From IMG/VR virus record IMGVR_UViG_2541047430_000021: a stretch of DNA of 12,502 nucleotides, one strand, 5' to 3'. This document shows, one piece after another, positions 7,156 through 12,502 of the stretch. Within the stretch, counting starts at the first letter, position 1; each line of letters starts with the position of its first letter. The position numbers and the translations under genes were made by a program. Below the pieces are notes generated by a model that did not search any database, had not been told where the DNA came from, and was given only the letters and a program-made list of their open reading frames with translations. This stretch comes from a virus. Its lineage: Duplodnaviria; Heunggongvirae; Uroviricota; Caudoviricetes.

Positions 7156-7527
7156 ATGCAAAAAAAAGAAATTCGCCGTTTACGTCTCAAGGAGTGGTTT
7201 AAAGATAAAACTCTGCCACCCAAAGAGAAGAGCTACCTATCTCAACTAATGAGTGGGAGAGCCTCGTTTGGAGAAAAGGCTGCCAGAAGAATAGAGCAAA
7301 CATACGGGATGCCGGAAGGGTATCTGGATGCGGAATACGCAGAACAACCGGGGGGTTCTCCACCACATGCAGGGTTAACGTCTAATCAACTGGAATTATT
7401 GCAGATTTTTTCAGCCTTCCCTGAGGATGAGCAACGCCAGATAATCAGCGAGTTAAAGCAGAAAAAAGAATCAATGGAAGATCTCATAGCGAGATGGATT
7501 GCGGCGCAAAAATGCCGCCGCGCCTGA
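7156..7527 (+). CDS. CI-position HTH regulator (PaaR2-like), probably leaderless
   Basis: ATG at 7156 lies ~7 nt after the GATAAT -10 and has no SD. HTH-like segment KSYLSQLMSGRASFGEKAARRIEQTYGMPEGYLD. The ORF-track start at 7093 is a GTG inside the operator region. Confidence 0.65.
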   Translation: MQKKEIRRLRLKEWFKDKTLPPKEKSYLSQLMSGRASFGEKAARRIEQTYGMPEGYLDAEYAEQPGGSPPHAGLTSNQLELLQIFSAFPEDEQRQIISELKQKKESMEDLIARWIAAQKCRRA

Positions 7528-7547
7528 GTTATAAAACCGGAGGAAAC

Positions 7548-7739
7548 ATGAATAGAGCCCTTTCACCAATGGTTTCTGAATTTGAAACCATTGAACAAGA
7601 AAACAGTTACAACGAATGGCTGCGTGCGAAAGTAGCAACGAGCCTTGCAGATCCGCGCCCAGCAATTCCCCATGACGAAGTTGAGCGCAGAATGGCAGAA
7701 CGCTTTGCTAAGATGCGCAAGGAACGGAGCAAGCAGTAA
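7548..7739 (+). CDS. paaA2: ParE-associated antitoxin (PaaA2-like, 63 aa)
   Basis: GGAGG SD 5 nt before ATG 7548; 63-aa product directly upstream of the ParE toxin gene (1-nt gap). Length and arrangement match my recollection of the three-component paaR2-paaA2-parE2 system; the symbol is assigned from memory. Confidence 0.7.
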   Translation: MNRALSPMVSEFETIEQENSYNEWLRAKVATSLADPRPAIPHDEVERRMAERFAKMRKERSKQ

Positions 7740-7740
7740 A

Positions 7741-8019
7741 ATGTTACCCGTGTTATGGCTTGAAAGCGCAGATACCGACCTAGATGATATAACTAGTTAT
7801 ATTGCTCGTTTCGACATAGATGCGGCTGAACGCTTATGGCAGCGATTAAGGGGTTGTGTGCTGCCGTTATCCGAACATCCGTATTTATACCCACCAAGCG
7901 ACAGAGTACCTGGCTTGCGTGAGATTGTAGCCCACCCTAACTATATAATTCTATACCGCGTAACAACATCAAGCGTTGAAGTAGTAAACGTGATCCACGC
8001 AAGACGCCAGTTTCCCTAA
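7741..8019 (+). CDS. parE2: ParE/RelE-superfamily toxin (92 aa)
   Basis: Translation MLPVLWLESADTDLDDITSYIARFDIDAAERLWQRLRGCVLPLSEHPYLYPPSDRVPGLREIVAHPNYIILYRVTTSSVEVVNVIHARRQFP shows the ParE/RelE pattern (PG-RE-V--P-YIILYRV----V-V--V-HARR). Confidence 0.85.
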   Translation: MLPVLWLESADTDLDDITSYIARFDIDAAERLWQRLRGCVLPLSEHPYLYPPSDRVPGLREIVAHPNYIILYRVTTSSVEVVNVIHARRQFP

Positions 8020-8043
8020 CTTTCACTACCAATAGAAACATAA

Positions 8044-8101
8044 CAACCGCAACGACTTTATCAAAAGCGTTGTGTTTGTTATGTCCCGCGGTTTAGTTTT
8101 T
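8044..8101 (+). terminator. possible terminator of the regulator-TA operon (tIMM-like), weak
   Basis: Imperfect 13-bp stem AACAACCGCAACG / CGTTGTGTTTGTT (one mismatch, one G-U) with a 13-nt loop, followed by the T-rich GTTTAGTTTTTA. Confidence 0.3.
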
Positions 8102-8135
8102 ACTTGACTTAAGTTTAATGTTTATTAAACTAAAA
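8085..8135 (+). promoter_or_regulatory. OL/PL-like promoter-operator for the plus-strand early-left operon
   Basis: -35 TTGACT (8104-8109), 16 nt, -10 TAAACT (8126-8131). Palindrome GTTTATTAAAC (8120-8130) and GTTTAGT/GTTTAATG motifs (8090, 8113) echo those in the OR-like region. Confidence 0.45.
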
Positions 8136-8449
8136 ATACCAACCCACCCCGCCCCACAGAACGCAGGGAAATACTTCGAGTTACCCGGCAGTGGTCAGGG
8201 GTTAAGTAGCCAGCCCGAGGCGTATGAACATGACGGCAGGGTTCAACTTTAATAACTATGCAGCAGTTTTTTGTTCCGCTACCCCGGCGTTAAGGGGAAA
8301 CAGAGGGTTTCTCAGTGGGCGAAGTCAAACATCAGAATGGAAGGCATCCCGGGATCGGCAAAGAAGCAGCAATGGCGCTTTATATTGACATCAGCGCCAT
8401 TGCAGGACAGGTAAGAGTTATCAGAGCGGTAACTAAGCGGTATGCGCCT

Positions 8450-8650
8450 TTACTTCAGAAAGTCTCTGGTGAGTGCACCGAAGATATTGTCAACGATTTC
8501 GTCATCGAACTGCGAGGACTCATCTTCAGTTACAAGGTGACCACAATTTTTGCAGATGGCTCCCGCGAAACTGTCAGAGCCCTGCGGCTTAAAGGATGTG
8601 TCAAAGACTTCGCCACCACATTCTGGGCAAGAAAACTTGATTGTATTCAT
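8450..8650 (-). CDS. small zinc-ribbon protein (66 aa)
   Basis: ATG at 8650 with GAGGA SD 8 nt upstream; MNTIKFSCPECGGEVFDTSFKPQGSDSFAGAICKNCGHLV... carries two CxxC pairs. Oriented opposite to the surrounding early-left genes. Confidence 0.55.
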   Translation of the reverse strand: MNTIKFSCPECGGEVFDTSFKPQGSDSFAGAICKNCGHLVTEDESSQFDDEIVDNIFGALTRDFLK

Positions 8651-8742
8651 AACCAATTTCCTCTCGAGTAACAGACCCCTCAGAGGATACCACCTCGCCT
8701 GACGTGGTTAAAAGCAGGCAACGCTAACCACAAGGAGCCGAC

Positions 8743-8961
8743 ATGCAGAAACGAGAACCCGTCATCATCGCGCCAGACTATACCGATGATGAACTTTATG
8801 AGTGGATGCACCAGAAAATTAATGCAGCGCAGGATCTGAAATGGGCCAATGAAGCCAGGGCTAAGCAGGCTGAAAATCTGTCCGCTCTGGAGCAGGATAT
8901 CACCAATCTGGAAAAAGCAGCGGCATTAAGCATTGCCAGAATGATTACATACCCGCGTTAA
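8743..8961 (+). CDS. hypothetical early-left protein (72 aa)
   Basis: AAGGAG SD 5 nt before ATG 8743; translation MQKREPVIIAPDYTDDELYEWMHQKINAAQDLKWANEARAKQAENLSALEQ... is predicted helical. Confidence 0.6.
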   Translation: MQKREPVIIAPDYTDDELYEWMHQKINAAQDLKWANEARAKQAENLSALEQDITNLEKAAALSIARMITYPR

Positions 8962-9317
8962 TAGCTAACCAACGAAGCTAAGGTTGGTAATTAAGGAGTT
9001 CTCCACGGGTGAGGTGGAGTGCGTGCGCCGGACACGGGTGAGCATACGGCACTGACAGTTTACTGAAAGGATATTTCCCTGAAAAGTCAGACCATAACGC
9101 GAAAGCGCACGGCGAGGTAGCTGGTTCATAGATAGCCTGTCGTTAAATTTTCGTCGACCGTGCGCTTCCGGTTGTGGCAATCCGCGAAATGGCGCGGCGG
9201 TAAGTATGGAGGGGTTATTCCTTCCCCCGTTGAGGACACCGGGTTGTCAGGTTGACCATACGCTTAAGTGACAACCCCGCTGCAACGCCCTCTGTTATCA
9301 ATTTTCTGGTGACGTTT

Positions 9318-9360
9318 GGCGGTATCAGTTTTACTCCGTGACTGCTCTGCCGCCCTTTTT
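9318..9360 (+). terminator. terminator-like hairpin plus T5 run (tL-like), weak
   Basis: GGCGG (9318-9322) ... CCGCC (9350-9354) with inner CAG/CTG pairing, followed by TTTTT (9356-9360). The loop is long, so efficiency is uncertain. Confidence 0.3.
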
Positions 9361-9364
9361 AAAG

Positions 9365-9512
9365 TGAATTTTGTGATGCGGTGAATGCGGCTGAGCGCAC
9401 GCGGAACAGTTAAAACCAAAAACAGTGTTATGGGGGGATTCTCTGTATCCGGCGTTAATTGTTAACTGGTTAACGTCACCTGGAGGCACCAGGCACCGCA
9501 TCACAAAATTCA
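9365..9512. repeat. 19-bp perfect inverted repeat flanking a 110-bp spacer
   Basis: TGAATTTTGTGATGCGGTG (9365-9383) is the exact reverse complement of CACCGCATCACAAAATTCA (9494-9512). The spacer contains GTTAACTGGTTAAC. Confidence 0.8.
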
Positions 9513-9529
9513 TTGTTGAGGACGCGATA

Positions 9530-9718
9530 ATGGAAACGTTATTACCAAACGTTAATACGTCTGAAGGTTGTTTTGAAATTGGTGTCACTATCAGTAACCC
9601 TGTATTTACTGAAGATGCCATTAACAAGAGAAAACACGAACGGGAGCTATTAAATAAAATATGCATTCTTTCAATGCTGGCCCGTTTACGTCCGATACAA
9701 AAAGGATGCTGGCAATGA
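9530..9718 (+). CDS. hypothetical early-left protein (62 aa)
   Basis: GAGGA SD 7 nt before ATG 9530; stop TGA 9716-9718 overlaps the next start (ATGA). Confidence 0.5.
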   Translation: METLLPNVNTSEGCFEIGVTISNPVFTEDAINKRKHERELLNKICILSMLARLRPIQKGCWQ

Positions 9719-9906
9719 ATACAGCATTTGCACTTGTTCTGACAGTTTTTCTTGTTTCCGGAGAGCCAGTTGATATTGCAGTCAGTGTTCACAGGACAAT
9801 GCAGGAGTGTGTGACTGCAGCAACCGAACAGAAAATTCCCGGTAACTGTTACCCGGTCGATAAAGTTATTCACCAGGATAATAACGAAATCCCGGCAGGT
9901 CTTTAA
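9715..9906 (+). CDS. hypothetical small protein (63 aa) with signal-peptide-like N-terminus
   Basis: ATG 9715 with AAGGA SD 8 nt upstream; MNTAFALVLTVFLVSGEPVD... has a hydrophobic N-terminus and two Cys in the mature part. Confidence 0.5.
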   Translation: MNTAFALVLTVFLVSGEPVDIAVSVHRTMQECVTAATEQKIPGNCYPVDKVIHQDNNEIPAGL

Positions 9907-9998
9907 AACAGTTCCGTAATAAACATCCGATTTCATTCTTATATGCCAGCAATGGCAGGGATTTGTTCACCCTTAAATCTGTAATGAGGTAAAACAAA

Positions 9999-12470
9999 AT
10001 GAGTAAAGTCTTTATTTGCGCCGCCATTCCGGACGAACAGGCAATAAAGGAAGAAGGTGCCGTCGCTGTAGCCACTGCCATTGAAGCCGGTGATGAACGT
10101 CGCGCCCGCGCAAAATTTCACTGGCAATTCCTGGAACATTATCCGGCTGCTCAGGACTGCGCTTATAAATTTCTTGTTTGCGAGGATAAACCCGGTATAC
10201 CCCGCCCTGCCCTCGATTCCTGGGATGCTGAATATATGCAGGAAAACCGCTGGGATGAGGCGTCTGCTTCCTTTGTCCCGGTCGAGACTGAATCCGATCC
10301 GATGAACGTCACTTTTGACAACCTGGCCCCTGAAGTACAGAACGCTGTCATGGTTAAGTTCGACACATGTGAAAACATCACTGTTGATATGGTGATTAGC
10401 GCACAGGAATTGTTGCAGGAAGACATGGCAACATTCGACGGCCATATCGTTGAAGCGTTGATGAAAATGCCAGAAGTTAACGCTATGTATCCGGAGCTTA
10501 AGCTGCATGCCATCGGGTGGGTTAAGCATAAATGTAAGCCTGGTGCCAAATGGCCCGAAATTCAGGCAGAGATGCGCATCTGGAAAAAACGTCGCGAAGG
10601 TGAACGCAAGGAAGCCGGAAAATACACGTCTGTTGTTGATCTCGCCCGCGCCAGAGCCAATCAACAGCACACTGAAAATTCAACAGGAAAAATCAACCCG
10701 GTCATTGCTGCCATTCATCGCGAATACAAGCAGACATGGAAAACACTGGATGACGAACTGGCCTACGCTCTCTGGCCTGGTGATGTGGATGCCGGAAACA
10801 TTGACGGCAGCATCCATCGCTGGGCAAAAAATGAAGTTATCGACAACGGCCGCGAAGACTGGAAGCGTATCTCGGCATCAATGCGCAAACAGCCTGATGC
10901 CCTTCGCTACGACCGCCAGACTATTTTTGGCCTTGTCCGTGAACGTCCGATCGACATTCACAAAGACCCTGTGGCACTGAACAAATACATTACTGAATAC
11001 CTGACTACAAAGGGCGTGTTTGAAGATGAAGGAACAAATCAGAGCGCAACTGACACTCTCTCGTCGCCAGTACCAGAAACTGATGCAGTGGAAACGGCAA
11101 TTCCGGACAACGAAAAAACCGAATGCAAAGTGGAAGTCGAACCATCTGTAGAGCGTGAGGGGCCGTTCTACTTCCTCTTCACCGACAAGGATGGCGAAAA
11201 ATACGGTCGCGCAAACAAACTTTCTGGTCTGGATAAGGCGCTGGCTGCCGGGGCTACTGAAATCACAAAAGAAGAATATTTTGCCCGAAAAAATGGCACA
11301 TACACAGGCTTACCGCAAAATGCAAATACCGCACAAAATTCTGAACAACCAGAACCGGTAAAAGTTACCGCTGACGAAGTAAAGAAAATTATGCAGGCAG
11401 CCAATATCAGCCAGCCTGACGCCGAGGAACTGCTTGCAGTATCACGTGGTGAATTTGTTGAAGGGATTAGCGACCCGAATGATCCGAAATGGGTTAAGGG
11501 GATCCAGACCCGCGATTCTGTGAACCAGAACCAGCAAGAAACGGAACAGAACGACCAGAAAGCGGAACAAAACAGCCCAAATACGCAACAAAACGAGCCA
11601 GAAACGAAACAACCTGAACCAGTAGTGCAACAGGAACCGGAAAAGATCTGCACCGCCTGCGGTCAGAGCGGTGGCGGCAACTGCCCTGATTGTGGTGCGG
11701 TGATGGGTGACGCAACATACCAGGAAATATTCGATGGAGAGAATCAGCCTGAAGTTCAGGAAAATGATCCGGAGGAAATGGAAGGTACTGCACATCAGCA
11801 CAAGGAGAACACTGGCGGCAATCAGCATCATGCCAGCGATAGTGAAACTGGCGAGGCGTCAGATCCCTTAATTAAGGCGAACGGTCATCATAATCTCACA
11901 TCCACCAGCAGAGCGGGGATTCATCTGATGATCGATCTTGAAACCATGGGAAAAAATCCCGATGCCCCGATTATCTCAATAGGTGCAATATTTTTCGATC
12001 CGCAAACCGGAGATATGGGACCGGAATTTAGTAAGACTATCGATCTGGATACTGCTGGCGGAGTCATTGATCGGGACACCATGAAATGGTGGCTTAAACA
12101 ATCACGCGAAGCGCAATCTGCCATTATGACCGATGAAATCCCGTTAGATGATGCACTGTTACAATTGCGGGAATTTATCGACGAAAACTCCGGTGAATTT
12201 TTTGTTCATGTCTGGGGAAATGGAGCCAACTTCGACAACACGATTTTGCGCCGTTCATACGAACGGCAGGGGAGCCCCTGCCCGTGGCGTTACTACAACG
12301 ATCGCGATGTACGCACAATCGTTGAGCTGGGGAAAGCCATAGACTTCGATGCCAGAACGGCTATTCCATTCGAAGGTGAGCGCCATAATGCACTTGATGA
12401 CGCCCGTTACCAGGCAAAATACGTTTCAGCTATCTGGCAAAAACTGATCCCGAGTCAGGCTGATTTTTAA
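9999..12470 (+). CDS. prophage exonuclease (RecE position) with C-terminal DEDDh/DnaQ-like 3'-5' exonuclease domain
   Basis: 823-aa ORF with GAGG SD. C-terminus has the three DEDDh motifs: IDLETMG, VWGNGANFDNTIL, HNALDDARYQAKY. Internal CTACGQSGGGNCPDCG zinc-ribbon-like motif and a Q/E/N-rich low-complexity linker. Confidence 0.85.
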   Translation: MSKVFICAAIPDEQAIKEEGAVAVATAIEAGDERRARAKFHWQFLEHYPAAQDCAYKFLVCEDKPGIPRPALDSWDAEYMQENRWDEASASFVPVETESDPMNVTFDNLAPEVQNAVMVKFDTCENITVDMVISAQELLQEDMATFDGHIVEALMKMPEVNAMYPELKLHAIGWVKHKCKPGAKWPEIQAEMRIWKKRREGERKEAGKYTSVVDLARARANQQHTENSTGKINPVIAAIHREYKQTWKTLDDELAYALWPGDVDAGNIDGSIHRWAKNEVIDNGREDWKRISASMRKQPDALRYDRQTIFGLVRERPIDIHKDPVALNKYITEYLTTKGVFEDEGTNQSATDTLSSPVPETDAVETAIPDNEKTECKVEVEPSVEREGPFYFLFTDKDGEKYGRANKLSGLDKALAAGATEITKEEYFARKNGTYTGLPQNANTAQNSEQPEPVKVTADEVKKIMQAANISQPDAEELLAVSRGEFVEGISDPNDPKWVKGIQTRDSVNQNQQETEQNDQKAEQNSPNTQQNEPETKQPEPVVQQEPEKICTACGQSGGGNCPDCGAVMGDATYQEIFDGENQPEVQENDPEEMEGTAHQHKENTGGNQHHASDSETGEASDPLIKANGHHNLTSTSRAGIHLMIDLETMGKNPDAPIISIGAIFFDPQTGDMGPEFSKTIDLDTAGGVIDRDTMKWWLKQSREAQSAIMTDEIPLDDALLQLREFIDENSGEFFVHVWGNGANFDNTILRRSYERQGSPCPWRYYNDRDVRTIVELGKAIDFDARTAIPFEGERHNALDDARYQAKYVSAIWQKLIPSQADF

Positions 12471-12502
12471 TGTTCAACCGTCGCCAGTTGTCGTTGATAT
12501 TC
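12470..12502 (+). CDS. possible start of next early-left gene (3' partial)
   Basis: ATG at 12470-12472 overlaps the exonuclease stop (TAATG); only 11 codons (MFNRRQLSLIF) are visible. Confidence 0.2.
   Translation, partial: MFNRRQLSLIF

Noticed and set aside
2655-7665. ORFs 2655-2912(+), 3619-3912(+), 3771-4073(+), 4337-4648(+), 4434-4628(+), 4908-5129(+), 5139-5756(+), 6294-6677(+), 6426-6632(-), 6563-6859(+), 6619-6807(+), 7471-7665(-)
   Set aside because: Antisense or alternate-frame to the well-supported minus-strand early-right genes or the plus-strand regulator/antitoxin genes; no SD and implausible compositions.
8315-8671. 118-aa plus-strand ORF in the position where an N-like antiterminator might be expected
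   Set aside because: GTG start without SD, no arginine-rich N-terminus and no recognisable boxA/boxB nearby; it overlaps a minus-strand zinc-ribbon ORF that has a good SD and a CxxC pattern. Kept only as an alternative in the findings.
8965-9180. 71-aa minus-strand ORF in the structured non-coding stretch
   Set aside because: No SD, Arg/Ser-rich translation, and it runs against the early-left transcription direction through a region dominated by hairpins.
9100-9290. tRNA gene in the structured non-coding stretch
   Set aside because: Hairpins are present, but no cloverleaf with a 7-bp acceptor stem and GTTCRANYC T-loop could be assembled by eye; this needs tRNAscan to exclude formally.
9331-9936. 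201-aa minus-strand ORF, Cys-rich
   Set aside because: Low-complexity Cys/Asn-rich translation with no SD, lying antisense to two SD-led plus-strand genes and to non-coding DNA; most likely a chance open frame.
9939-12124. Minus-strand ORFs inside the exonuclease gene (9939-10670, 10163-10549, 11168-11653, 11442-11831, 11494-11793, 11921-12124) and plus-strand ORFs in other frames (10081-10305, 10507-10980, 11155-11361, 12148-12342)
   Set aside because: All are nested in or antisense to the 823-aa ORF, which has coherent domain content; their translations are low-complexity (Cys/Ser/Phe- or Arg-rich) and lack SD sequences.
1-12502. CRISPR array or other short tandem direct-repeat array
   Set aside because: No regularly spaced 25-40 bp direct repeats; the only repeat clusters are the iteron-like motifs at 5820-5965 and the operator motifs.

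Overview
This window reads as the early/immunity region of an enterobacterial lambdoid prophage (Rac/Qin-like module order), interrupted at its left edge by an IS3-family element. On the minus strand, right to left, runs an early-right operon: Cro-like HTH (6756-7058), YdaT/CII-like (6334-6759), replication initiator with iteron-like repeats inside its coding sequence (5349-6311), DnaC-like helicase loader (4602-5342), a tandem winged-helix gene split by a frameshift at an A7 tract (3807-4576), two accessory genes (2755-3791), a 34-aa membrane-peptide ORF (2535-2639), a complete-looking hok type I toxin locus (2036-2492), a 92-aa ORF, a DUF968/HNH-like gene (637-1686) and a rusA gene truncated by the IS (1-387). 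On the plus strand a CI-like regulator and a ParD/ParE-type toxin-antitoxin pair (7156-8019) sit where lambda carries cI-rexAB, bounded by two promoter/operator regions that share sequence motifs. An early-left operon follows, with small genes, a ~570-bp structured non-coding stretch containing a 19-bp perfect inverted repeat, and an 823-aa exonuclease with a DEDDh C-terminal domain (9999-12470). No rRNA, tRNA or CRISPR array was found. All family assignments are from reading the translations and recall of protein families; no database search was run.
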